DNA from: Candidatus Latescibacterota bacterium
GTDB lineage: Bacteria; Latescibacterota; UBA2968; UBA8231
DNA length: 64,000 nucleotides
Direction of reading: 5' to 3'
Assembly (NCBI GenBank): GCA_965261395.1
Contig: OZ253462.1
Coordinates: forward strand, 32,001 to 96,000
In this document: positions 26,502 to 35,621 of the stretch, one piece after another
Layout of the letters: the number at the start of each line of letters is the position of its first letter
How positions within the stretch are numbered: position 1 is the stretch's first letter
Notes under the pieces: model-generated
The model's database searches: none
What the model was told of the DNA's origin: nothing
Seen by the model: only the letters and a program-made list of their open reading frames with translations
Made by a program: the position numbers and the translations under genes

Positions 26502-29111
26502 CTATTTTAGCTGCTGCTCGACGATGCACGCCACTTGCTCTAGCGCCTCGTCTAGTTTGCCTGGGTCGCGTCCGCCAGCCTGGGCCAAGTGCGCCTTGCC
26601 GCCACCCGAGCCGCCGGCTAGCTGCGCCACGCCGCGCACAATGTCGCCGGCCTTGAGACCGCGGCCCTTAATCAAATCGTCGGTAACAACGGCGATAAAG
26701 GAAACCTTGCCGCCGATATCCGCTCCCAAGACGCCGACCCCCGAGCCCAAGCTCTCGCGCAGTCCGTCGGCCATGGCTCGCAGGCTAGGCACGTCCTCTG
26801 CCTCGGTGCGCCGCGCCACAACCGTGACCCCTTCCACTTCGCGCGCTCCATTCGACAGATCGCTCGTCTCTAACGCCGCGACCCGACGCCGCAACCCGTC
26901 GAGGGACCGCTCCAACTGGCGGTTGCGCCCCAAGAGCGCCTCGATTTTGTCCGCCAATTCTTCGGGCGCGGCATTGAGCCGGGTGCCCAAATCCGCCAAC
27001 ACCTGCCGCCGCAGGCGGACGGCGCGCTCGGCTCCCGCGCCGGTCAACGCCTCGCTGCGGCGAACGCCAGCGGCAATGCCGCTTTCGGAGAGCAAATCGA
27101 ATGCGCCGATCTCGCCGGTCGAGCGCACATGGGTGCCGCCGCACAGTTCGAGACTAAAGTCGCCGATCCGCACAACCCGGACTTGGTCGTCGTATTTTTC
27201 GCCGAAGAGCGCCTGCGCCCCCATCGCCTTGGCTTTTTCCAGCTCCTCTTGGAAGGTGCTCACTGCTAGATCGGCGCGAATCTGCTCGTTGACTCGCTCC
27301 TCGATTTCGCGCAACTGCTCGGGATCAACCGAGGCAAAATGCGAAAAGTCAAAGCGCAAGCGGTCCGGTGCGACCAGCGAACCCATCTGACCTACGTGGT
27401 CGCCGAGGGTCTGCCGCAGCGACTCGTGCAACAGGTGGGTCGCCGTGTGGTTGCGCTCGGCGTCCCTGCGGGCCTGGCGATCAACGCGGGCAACCACTGT
27501 GCCTGCCAACGCTTCGGTCTCACCTTCCACTAGGCGACCTTTGTGGACGATGCCGCCGCGCGCCTTCTGCACGTCTTCGACTTCGACGACAAAACCTTCG
27601 CCCTCGATTCGCCCTCGGTCGCCGACCTGGCCCCCCGCCTCCGCGTAGAAAGGGGTCCGGTCCAGCACGAGCCATACTCGACTATCTTCGTCTCCTTCGG
27701 CCTGTACCACCTGAGCCTCTATTTCCAACTCGTCGTAGCCGACGAAGAGCGAATGTGCTTCCTCCAAGGCATCGCCGATGCCTTCGGTAGCGCTAAACTG
27801 TGCGCGGGTGGCCCGACGCGCCCGCTGCCGCTGAGCTTCAAGCTCGTGATCGAAGGCCTCCTGCTCGACCAGCGGGATGCCCTGCTCTCGGGCCATTAGC
27901 TCCGTCAAGTCCAGCGGAAAACCATAGGTATCGTAGAGTTGGAAGGCATCGCCGCCGGTAATCTGTCCCTTGGCGGCGAACCGCGCGAAGATATCCAAGC
28001 CGCGGTCGAGGGTTTTGCCGAAACTCTCCTCCTCGGAACGGATCACCAAGTCGATGTGGTCCTTCTTAGTGGCAACCTCCGGGAAGACATGGCCCATGGT
28101 TTCGCCCAACGTGCCAACTAGCTGATGAATAAAGGGATCGTGCTGATCGAGCTGGCGGGCGTAACGCGCAGCGCGGCGCAGGATGCGGCGCAGGACGTAG
28201 CCACGGCCCTCGTTGGAGGGCATTACTCCATCGGCCATGGCGAAGCTGAGCGTGCGCACATGGTCGGCGATGACCTGCATGGGAACGCGGCGCTCGCCGC
28301 CGTATTCTTTGCCCGTCAACTCGGCAATGCGGCCGATGAGCGGCTGGAAGACATCGGTCTCGTAGTTGCTCTCGGTCCCCTGTAAGAGGCTGCATATCCG
28401 CTCAAAGCCCATGCCGGTATCCACGTGCTTCTCAGGCAGGGATTCCAGTGCCCCTGTATCATCGCGGTTATACTGGATGAAGACCAAGTTCCATATTTCA
28501 ACCAAGTCGCCGGTGTCGTCGATGAGCATACGGCTGTCCTGCGCGGCCAGATCGTCGCCTAGGTAGTAATGAATTTCAGAGCAGGGACCGCAAGGGCCGG
28601 TCGCGCCCATTTCCCAGAAGTTTTCCTTGGCCGGTAGGCGAACGACACGGCCCGGCAACAGGTCGGTGCATTCGTACCAGAACGCCTCGGCCTCCACGTC
28701 GGGTTCTACTGCGTCGTCGCCCACAAAGACGGTGGCCCAGAGCCGCTCCTTGTCTAGGCCAAAGCGCTCGGTAATTAACTCCCACCCCCACTCAATGGCC
28801 TCTTTTTTGAAATAGTCGCCAAAGGACCAGTTGCCCAGCATCTCAAAGAAGGTGTGGTGCCAAGGGCTGTAGCCGACTTCGTCGAGGTCATTGTGCTTGC
28901 CCGAAACCCGAATAACCTTCTGCGTATCAACCGCTCGGGTGTAGTCGCGCCGGCCCAAGCCCAAAAAGACATCCTTGAACTGGTTCATGCCGGCGTTGGT
29001 GAAATAGAGCGTGGGATCATCCTGCGGCACGACCGGCGCACTTGGTACGCGCACGTGGTCCTTACCTTCGAAAAAACGGAGGAAGGTCTCCCTAATCTCC
29101 TTCGACTTCAT
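26502..29111 (-). CDS. alaS: Alanine--tRNA ligase
   Basis: FTNAGMNQFK, HHTFFEMLGNWSFGDYFK, NHTATHLL, ELCGGTHV, GGSGGGK. Confidence 0.98.
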   Translation of the reverse strand: MKSKEIRETFLRFFEGKDHVRVPSAPVVPQDDPTLYFTNAGMNQFKDVFLGLGRRDYTRAVDTQKVIRVSGKHNDLDEVGYSPWHHTFFEMLGNWSFGDYFKKEAIEWGWELITERFGLDKERLWATVFVGDDAVEPDVEAEAFWYECTDLLPGRVVRLPAKENFWEMGATGPCGPCSEIHYYLGDDLAAQDSRMLIDDTGDLVEIWNLVFIQYNRDDTGALESLPEKHVDTGMGFERICSLLQGTESNYETDVFQPLIGRIAELTGKEYGGERRVPMQVIADHVRTLSFAMADGVMPSNEGRGYVLRRILRRAARYARQLDQHDPFIHQLVGTLGETMGHVFPEVATKKDHIDLVIRSEEESFGKTLDRGLDIFARFAAKGQITGGDAFQLYDTYGFPLDLTELMAREQGIPLVEQEAFDHELEAQRQRARRATRAQFSATEGIGDALEEAHSLFVGYDELEIEAQVVQAEGDEDSRVWLVLDRTPFYAEAGGQVGDRGRIEGEGFVVEVEDVQKARGGIVHKGRLVEGETEALAGTVVARVDRQARRDAERNHTATHLLHESLRQTLGDHVGQMGSLVAPDRLRFDFSHFASVDPEQLREIEERVNEQIRADLAVSTFQEELEKAKAMGAQALFGEKYDDQVRVVRIGDFSLELCGGTHVRSTGEIGAFDLLSESGIAAGVRRSEALTGAGAERAVRLRRQVLADLGTRLNAAPEELADKIEALLGRNRQLERSLDGLRRRVAALETSDLSNGAREVEGVTVVARRTEAEDVPSLRAMADGLRESLGSGVGVLGADIGGKVSFIAVVTDDLIKGRGLKAGDIVRGVAQLAGGSGGGKAHLAQAGGRDPGKLDEALEQVACIVEQQLK

Positions 29112-29580
29112 TAGCTAACTCCTGCCATACCTGTTCGACCGCTGCTCTGGCCATTTCCTGATCGCAACCACGCCGGGCCAAAAAGCCCAGCATCCGACGC
29201 TTGGCCTTGTCGGGTGCCAATCCCCGGTAGCGCCAAGCCTGCTTGCTCAGTAATTCGACCGCCCGATCGCCCGAATCGAGCGCGGTGGCGTACTCGGCGA
29301 TGACCTCGTCAACTACACCTGCGGCCACGCCTTTGTACCTGAGATCCTGGGCTAGTTTACGCGCGCCATGGGCCCGCTGCAACCGCGCCTCAACCCAGCG
29401 CCGGGCAAACTCGCGGTCGTCGAGAAGCTTCTGGCGCTGTAAGTCGGCAACGACCTCGGCGACGACCTCGGCGGCAAAGTCTTTCTCCTTTAGCTTGTCC
29501 CGCACCTCAGCTACAGACCGCGCCCTATAGCTGAGATAGCGATAGGCGGCGTCCTTGGCCTTTTGCAGTTGGTCGTCCAC
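29092..29580 (-). CDS. recX: Regulatory protein RecX
   Basis: YLSYRARS, LLDDREFA, FLARRG. Directly downstream of recA. Confidence 0.92.
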   Translation of the reverse strand: MDDQLQKAKDAAYRYLSYRARSVAEVRDKLKEKDFAAEVVAEVVADLQRQKLLDDREFARRWVEARLQRAHGARKLAQDLRYKGVAAGVVDEVIAEYATALDSGDRAVELLSKQAWRYRGLAPDKAKRRMLGFLARRGCDQEMARAAVEQVWQELANEVEGD

Positions 29581-30645
29581 TTATTCGTCTGCCTCGCCGA
29601 CCTCGTTTTGTCCTACCGCAACCTCGAGTCCCAACTCGACGCGCAACTTGTGCTCTATCTCCGAGGCTACTGTTGGATTCTCGAGCAGAAAAGTCCGGGC
29701 GTTGTCTCGGCCCTGCCCCAAGCGCTCGCCATTGTAGGAAAACCACGACCCGCTCTTGTCAACAAGCCCTTTGGCGACGCCGATGTCGATCAAATCTCCC
29801 TCCCAAGAAATGCCGATCTGGTCGCCGTGGAAAATCAGGTCGAATTCGGCTTCGCGAAAGGGGGGGGCCACTTTGTTTTTGACGACCTTGACCCGAGTGC
29901 GATTGCCAATATCGAGATCTCCATCTTTGATGCGGGCGATGCGGCGGATGTCGATGCGCACCGAGGCGTAGAAGGGCAGAGCGCGCCCGCCAGTGGTGGT
30001 CTCCGGGTTGCCGAACATTACGCCGATCTTCATGCGCAACTGGTTGAGGAAAATCAGACACGTATTCGAGCGGTTGATGGAGCCAGCGAGCTTGCGCAGG
30101 GCCTGGGACATCAGCCGCGCGTGCAACCCCATGTGCGAATCGCCCATATCGCCTTCCAACTCGGCCTGGGGCACTAGCGCTGCTACCGAGTCCACCACGA
30201 TCATATCAAAGGCACCACTGCGCACCAAGGTATCGACGATTTCGAGAGCCTGCTCGCCCGAATCCGGCTGTGATATAATTAGGTTTTCTACATCGACGCC
30301 AATGCGCCGGGCGAAGCTAACGTCAAGGGCGTGTTCGGCGTCGATGAAAGCCGCCGTGCCGCCGCGCTTTTGCGACTCGCGGATGGCATGCAGCGCGAGC
30401 ATGGTCTTGCCCGCTCCCTCTGGACCGGATATTTCGACGATCCGCCCCTTGGGCAAGCCGCCGATGCCCAGCGCTGCATCTACAGCCAGCGATCCGGTCG
30501 AGATCGCCTCCACCTCTTGCACCCCACCCTCGTCGCCGAGGCGCATAATCGAGCCCTTGCCGTACTGCTTTTCAATCTGCGACATCGCCAGTTCCAGCGC
30601 TCTGGCCTTGTTGCCGTCTGCGCTGTGTCCGTTCGCTTTCGCCAT
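29581..30645 (-). CDS. recA: Recombinase RecA
   Basis: [43 protein letters not shown]. Confidence 0.98.
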   Translation of the reverse strand: MAKANGHSADGNKARALELAMSQIEKQYGKGSIMRLGDEGGVQEVEAISTGSLAVDAALGIGGLPKGRIVEISGPEGAGKTMLALHAIRESQKRGGTAAFIDAEHALDVSFARRIGVDVENLIISQPDSGEQALEIVDTLVRSGAFDMIVVDSVAALVPQAELEGDMGDSHMGLHARLMSQALRKLAGSINRSNTCLIFLNQLRMKIGVMFGNPETTTGGRALPFYASVRIDIRRIARIKDGDLDIGNRTRVKVVKNKVAPPFREAEFDLIFHGDQIGISWEGDLIDIGVAKGLVDKSGSWFSYNGERLGQGRDNARTFLLENPTVASEIEHKLRVELGLEVAVGQNEVGEADE

Positions 30646-30678
30646 GGGAATCCCCTCAATTAAAGTGTGGTATCGGTC

Positions 30679-31128
30679 CTAGCCCGCCCACTCGATCAAA
30701 TAGAACGACGAGCGAATAACTAAGTTGCTGTACAGGCCGGCGACTACGTCGTCGGCCACAATGCCCCACCCCCCGGGCAGGGCTTCTAACTGCCGCGCGG
30801 GGGGCGGCTTGACAATATCGAAGGCGCGAAAGACGAAGAAGCCCGCGATGGCCATCCCAGCGCCCGGGGGCAAAAATGCCACTGCGAAGAGAAAGCCCAC
30901 CCCTTCGTCAACGACGACCTGCCCAGGATCCTTGCCCCATTCCGGGGCCGCCCGGCCCGCGCAGTATACCCCAATGGCCGAGGCGACCAACAGCACACCG
31001 AGCCACTCCAGTATCCCCAAAGAAGGGGAAAATAACCAGTACAACAGAGCGATAAACGCGGTACCAGCCGTACCGGGTGCCCACGGGGCATAGCCGACAA
31101 AAAAAAGCGTGGCGATCAGTCGGTTCAG
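30679..31128 (-). CDS. pgpA: Phosphatidylglycerophosphatase A; probable CTG start
   Basis: DPGQVVVDE, FRAFDIVKP, DDVVAG. The conserved N-terminus (IATLFFVGYAPWAPGTAGT) lies upstream of the ORF-track start. No ATG/GTG/TTG occurs before the in-frame TAG. Confidence 0.88.
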   Translation of the reverse strand: MNRLIATLFFVGYAPWAPGTAGTAFIALLYWLFSPSLGILEWLGVLLVASAIGVYCAGRAAPEWGKDPGQVVVDEGVGFLFAVAFLPPGAGMAIAGFFVFRAFDIVKPPPARQLEALPGGWGIVADDVVAGLYSNLVIRSSFYLIEWAG

Positions 31129-31154
31129 AAGAAACGCGTTCCTCTACGCCGCGC

Positions 31155-31757
31155 TCAGGGTTCCTTGTAGGAAGAGGTCGCGCGGAACAGGTAGTGAAAA
31201 CCCGACAGCAGCGTCAGCAACAGCACCCCCGCCAACAGTGCATTGGCCAAAAGCTGGATTAGCTGGTCGTTGAGAAAGAAGAGATGACCTGCGGCAAAGC
31301 GCCCCATCGCCTCCTCAAGGCCAATGACGAAAAGTATGAAGATAACCGTGAAAAGCTGGACCGCGGTCTTCCACTTGGCCAAGCGCGAAGTGACCATGGG
31401 GCGACCCCGGTACAGCCCGTAGAGGCGCATACCCGTGATCAGGATGTCGCGCCCGACGATGGGCAAGACCAGCCAAAAATTGACCATTTCGTCCAACGCT
31501 AGGGCAACGAGGGCCGACGTTACCAAGATCTTGTCGGCCAACGGGTCCAAGAAGCGTCCCAGCGGCGTCACTTGGTTGCCTTCGCGCGCTAGTTTGCCAT
31601 CGTAGAAATCGGTCAGCGAGGCCGCGCTAAAGACGACGAAGGCAAGGCTTTTCAAATACCAGGTATCGGCGAACAGCAGCAGCAAAAACAGCGGCGTCAA
31701 ACCGATCCTGAGCGCGGTCAGTCCATTGGGCAGGTTAAAGATATCGCGTCGGTCCAT
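31155..31757 (-). CDS. pgsA: CDP-diacylglycerol--glycerol-3-phosphate 3-phosphatidyltransferase
   Basis: NLPNGLTALRI, TDFYDGKLAR, GRFLDPLADK, AKWKTAVQ. Confidence 0.93.
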   Translation of the reverse strand: MDRRDIFNLPNGLTALRIGLTPLFLLLLFADTWYLKSLAFVVFSAASLTDFYDGKLAREGNQVTPLGRFLDPLADKILVTSALVALALDEMVNFWLVLPIVGRDILITGMRLYGLYRGRPMVTSRLAKWKTAVQLFTVIFILFVIGLEEAMGRFAAGHLFFLNDQLIQLLANALLAGVLLLTLLSGFHYLFRATSSYKEP

Positions 31758-31764
31758 GACTACC

Positions 31765-32361
31765 TTACAGCAAAGATCGGCCGGCAAAGGCGAGCGAGAG
31801 GGTGACGCTGTCGGCCAAGTCCAAATCCGCGCCCACCGGCAGGCCGCGCGCCAACCTAGACACCTTGGTCAGCGGCATGAGTTGCTGAGCGATGAAGTGA
31901 GCGGTGGCATCGCCCTCGGCGTTGGCATTGAGCGCGAGCATTACCTCCTGTACGCTCTGCTGGCGCACGCGCTCGACCAAGGAGTCGATGTGCAAATCCT
32001 CGGGCAGCACTCCATCTTGGGGGGAAAGCACCCCGCCGAGCACGTGATACGCCCCGGAGTAAAACTGGCTCATCTCAAAGGCCAGCACATCGCTGGCTTC
32101 GGCCACCACGCAGATAAACTGCTGGTCGCGCCGGGTGTCTCGGCAGACTCCGCATAGGGGCTCGCCCTTTTGGGTGAAATTGTAGCAGGTGGCACAGTGT
32201 TCGATTTGGTCTTTGGCGGCAATGAGCGCCTTGGCGAGCAGTTCGGCTTCCTCGCGCGGCCTCTTGACCACATAGAGCGCCAAGCGCTGCGCTGTCTTGC
32301 GGCCGATACCGGGCAACTTGGCAAATGCGACGATCAAGTCTTCGAGGGCCAGAGGTTCCAT
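31765..32361 (-). CDS. recR: Recombination mediator RecR
   Basis: LPGIGRKTAQR, C4 zinc finger, YHVLGG, EGDATA, RLARGLPVG. Confidence 0.96.
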   Translation of the reverse strand: MEPLALEDLIVAFAKLPGIGRKTAQRLALYVVKRPREEAELLAKALIAAKDQIEHCATCYNFTQKGEPLCGVCRDTRRDQQFICVVAEASDVLAFEMSQFYSGAYHVLGGVLSPQDGVLPEDLHIDSLVERVRQQSVQEVMLALNANAEGDATAHFIAQQLMPLTKVSRLARGLPVGADLDLADSVTLSLAFAGRSLL

Positions 32362-32369
32362 GAGATCTC

Positions 32370-33968
32370 TCAGACTAACTCGCCGTCAAAAGTGTCGAGC
32401 ACCGAACGGAGAGTGGGGTCGGACTCGGGTTGGCTCACCGCCTGCGGGGCCGGCTCATCTCCCTTCTTTACTACGGCCTCCAAGCGCAGCCGCCGCCCGT
32501 ATTTCGCCTCGGCTATCTCCTCTACGCTGTCGCGGTTGTTGAGCACTTGGTTCATGGCAAAGCGGTCGTCGGCACCAAAGCTCAGCCTGAGCACGTGGCT
32601 CTCTAGACTATCTAAGGTCGCTCTATTGAGAAAACCGGCCAGCGACGGCTTGGCGGCGCGCACGGCATTGACTAACTCGGCCCAAGTGGTGCGCACCTGA
32701 TCAAAACTCAGGCCGGCAGCGGTAGCGGCATTGCTCAACTCAGCCGGGGCGGCGACTTGATGCTGGGCCGGGGGCGGGAGCACAGCCTGTTCGCTCCGAC
32801 CGCTTGGGGACGGGGTCACGACCGGGCGCGGCGCAGTACTTTCGAGCGACTGCAAGCGGCGTAGCAACTCGCCCACATCGACAGACCGACCCATCAGCGC
32901 CAGATGCACCAAGGCGATTTCCACGCGAAAACGCGGCTGTACCGAGCGCTTTATATCGGCTTCTAAATCCAAAAGCGACTGCATCATGCGTAGTAGGTCT
33001 TCGGCCGCCATGGCAGCCGCGAGTTCACCACAGCGACGGCGGGCGTCTTCGTCCATATCCAGTTCGTCGGTCCCGCCCTGTATCTTGGCGAAGAGCAGGT
33101 GGCGCAAAAGTTCGCCCAGACCATAGACGAACTCCTCAATATCGGCCCCTTCGTCAACGGCCTGGGCGACGATATCCAGCACCCGTGCGGGAGCAGCTTC
33201 ACGCATGGCGTCGAGCAATTCAAAGTAGAGGCCGCGATCGACGAGACCCAACACCTGTACCACGGCTTGCTGCGACACCTCCGCGCCCAACGAGACCACT
33301 TGATCGAGTAGGCTCTCGGCGTCGCGCAAGGCACCATCCGCGCGGCTAGCCAGCATATGGAGCGCCCCCTCCTCGACCGCGATGCCCTCGGCTTGGGCAA
33401 TGGTGCCGAGATGGGCAGCGATCTGCCCGGTCGAGATGCGGCGAAAATTAAAGCGCTGACAGCGCGAGAGGATGGTGTCGGGGACCGACTGCACCTCCGT
33501 GGTGGCGAAGATGAAAACCACGTGCTCCGGCGGCTCCTCCAGCGTCTTCAGCAGCGCATTGAACGCCGCGGTCGAGAGCATGTGAACTTCGTCGATGATA
33601 TAGATCTTATAGACGCCTTCGGTCGCAGCGTAGCGCACCACTTCGCGCAACTCGCGGATGTCATCGACGCTGTTGTTGGAGGCCCCGTCGATCTCCAGCA
33701 CGTTCATGCTGATGGAGGCGACGATGCTCTTGCAGGAATCGCATGTCTCGCAGGGATTGCCATCGCGGCGGTCGGCGCAGTTGAGGACCTTGGCGAGAAT
33801 CCGCGCGGTCGTGGTCTTGCCCACGCCGCGGGGGCCGCAAAACAGGTAGCACTGCGCGATGCGCCCAGAATGGACGGCATTCCTTAAGGTGGCAGTGATA
33901 TGCTCCTGCCCGACGACTTCGTCGAATTGGCGAGGACGCCACTTGCGCGCTGTTACCTGATAGGCCAT
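32370..33968 (-). CDS. dnaX: DNA polymerase III subunit gamma/tau
   Basis: MAYQVTARKWRP, GPRGVGKTT, IIDEVHML, SRCQRF. Confidence 0.96.
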   Translation of the reverse strand: MAYQVTARKWRPRQFDEVVGQEHITATLRNAVHSGRIAQCYLFCGPRGVGKTTTARILAKVLNCADRRDGNPCETCDSCKSIVASISMNVLEIDGASNNSVDDIRELREVVRYAATEGVYKIYIIDEVHMLSTAAFNALLKTLEEPPEHVVFIFATTEVQSVPDTILSRCQRFNFRRISTGQIAAHLGTIAQAEGIAVEEGALHMLASRADGALRDAESLLDQVVSLGAEVSQQAVVQVLGLVDRGLYFELLDAMREAAPARVLDIVAQAVDEGADIEEFVYGLGELLRHLLFAKIQGGTDELDMDEDARRRCGELAAAMAAEDLLRMMQSLLDLEADIKRSVQPRFRVEIALVHLALMGRSVDVGELLRRLQSLESTAPRPVVTPSPSGRSEQAVLPPPAQHQVAAPAELSNAATAAGLSFDQVRTTWAELVNAVRAAKPSLAGFLNRATLDSLESHVLRLSFGADDRFAMNQVLNNRDSVEEIAEAKYGRRLRLEAVVKKGDEPAPQAVSQPESDPTLRSVLDTFDGELV

Positions 33969-34018
33969 TTGCGTTGCTCGACACAGCCAAGCTGAAGGGA
34001 ACAAACTAAAAATTAAAA

Positions 34019-34289
34019 GGCCGTGCACCCATCTTCGACCCCGCCCTCAGGTCTGCCCAGTGCCAGTTAGCTCCAACCGGACCACTCTGCGGCACACCAA
34101 GAGACATTCCTACCGCTGCTACCTTCCGGTCCTGACGGGGTTCAGAAGCTCTTGATTGCGCAGAATCCGGTCTTCAGCGCCACTTTGCTCCAGTCGAACA
34201 AGAGGTGCGAAAACCTCTGGATGGGAATTCAATCCCGCTATAGCGGATTGCGGGTACAGGGCACCGCTACCTCCCCATCTAGCACGACC
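34019..34289 (-). ncRNA. ffs: Large (Alu-domain-containing) bacterial SRP RNA
   Basis: 5' GGTCGTGCTAGATGGGGAGGTAGCGGTGCCCTGTACCCGCAATCCGCT (Alu domain), helix-8 GAACCCCGTCAGGACCGGAAGGTAGCAGC, and a 3' GTGCACGGCC that pairs with the 5' end. Located upstream of dnaX. Confidence 0.93.
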
Positions 34290-34327
34290 TAAAATACTGC
34301 ATTTCACCAGCGGGTATCCGGAAAATA

Positions 34328-34403
34328 TGGTGGAGCAGATGGGGATCGAACCCACGACCTCCAGATTGCGAACCTGGCGCTCTCCCAGCTGAGCTACTGC
34401 CCC
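34328..34403 (-). tRNA. tRNA-Ala(CGC)
   Basis: 76-nt cloverleaf, anticodon arm CCAGG-TTCGCAA-TCTGG, G3:U70 pair, encoded CCA. Confidence 0.95.
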
Positions 34404-34417
34404 ATCCAGATCAATTA

Positions 34418-34508
34418 TGGCGGAGAGAGTGGGATTCGAACCCACGGTAGGGGGTTACCCTACACACGATTTCCAGTCGTGCACCTTCGACCACTCGGCC
34501 ATCTCTCC
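34418..34508 (-). tRNA. tRNA-Ser(GGA)
   Basis: Anticodon arm CACGA-CTGGAAA-TCGTG, long variable arm, CCA end. Confidence 0.95.
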
Positions 34509-34530
34509 ACAAAAAACACGTTGCCTTAGA

Positions 34531-34620
<90 letters not shown>

Positions 34621-34625
34621 TCAAT

Positions 34626-35111
34626 CTACTTGGCCGCTCGCAGAGCCGCAAAAAAACCCTTGAGCAACTCGACACATTCTCGCTCTAGCACCCCGCCGCG
34701 GACCTGACAGCGGTGATTGAGCCGAGGATCCTCCACGATATTGCGCAGCGAACCGCAAGCACCGGATTTGGGATCGACGGCCCCGAAGACCAGCCGCGGC
34801 ACCCGGGCCAAAACCGCAGCCCCAGCGCACATGGCGCAAGGTTCCAAAGTGACATACAGCGTAGTCGCCAACAAACGCCGCGTACCCAGTGCTGCCGCCG
34901 CTTGGCGCAAGGCCAGCATCTCCGCGTGGGCCGTGGGATCCTGCGCCGCTTCAATGGCGTTGCCGGCCCGGCCCAAAACCCGGCCGGCACCGACGACGAC
35001 AGCACCGACGGGCACCTCGCCGCGACGGCCAGCTCGCTCGGCCTCGCGCAGAGCCTCGAGCATCCAGCGACCGTCTTCGGCAAATGAGCTAAGTTCTTCC
35101 GTAGAATCCAT
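34626..35111 (-). CDS. tadA: tRNA adenosine(34) deaminase
   Basis: GEVPVGAV, DPTAHAE, LYVTLEPCAMCAGA, LNHR. Confidence 0.94.
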   Translation of the reverse strand: MDSTEELSSFAEDGRWMLEALREAERAGRRGEVPVGAVVVGAGRVLGRAGNAIEAAQDPTAHAEMLALRQAAAALGTRRLLATTLYVTLEPCAMCAGAAVLARVPRLVFGAVDPKSGACGSLRNIVEDPRLNHRCQVRGGVLERECVELLKGFFAALRAAK

Positions 35112-35147
35112 TTGAGGCCGTTTTAAGGGGCCTCCCAAGCGGTGTTA

Positions 35148-35176
35148 AATATAACGGCTGCCCAAAACAAGAGCAA
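35148..35176 (-). promoter_or_regulatory. Sigma70-like promoter for the tadA-tRNA-ffs-dnaX region
   Basis: TTGCTC-N17-TATATT on the minus strand. Confidence 0.55.
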
Positions 35177-35190
35177 GGCTTAGTGGCGCT

Positions 35191-35621
35191 TCAAAAGCGC
35201 TTGCGATAGTGGTCGCGGGGAAACAGAGAAGAGGCCCGACGCTGCCAGTAACTTTCCTCGTCGGGAGCGATTTTGCGATCGAGCGGATCGCGCCCCAAAA
35301 GGCGCATACCAAGCCCGATCAGCGTAAAAAGCGTGTAGAAAACCAGCCCTAAGAGCAGGTGGATATTGACAAAGGCCACAATTCTCGCCAGCCACATGTA
35401 GGGAAAGTAGATCGGCTTCAGCACCACGGGCAGCGCCAATCCGGCCCCGAGAAACACCAGCGAGGCCGCGTGTACGTGTACAAGCTGGGCGATGCCGATC
35501 GCTTCCACGTACCACAAGTAGCCGCCTAGCAGTGCCAGCACGCCGCCAGCACGAGTCCGAATCGGCGCAAATCGCCGCGCGTGGGAACCGCAATCCCCCA
35601 GTAGCTCTTGACCTCAGTCAA
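35191..35621 (-). pseudogene. SxtJ-family membrane protein with a 1-nt frameshift
   Basis: The N-terminus DLRRFGLVLA and the C-terminus (GMRLLGRDPLDRK...SYW) are in different frames. The span is 431 nt (3n+2), with the break near 35541-35548. Confidence 0.7.

Noticed and set aside
30646-30678. SOS box upstream of recA
   Set aside because: No recognisable LexA-type palindrome in the 33-nt gap.
31765-33968. Absence of ybaB between dnaX and recR, and of cinA before recA
   Set aside because: Common gene-order variation; the genes may lie elsewhere in the genome.
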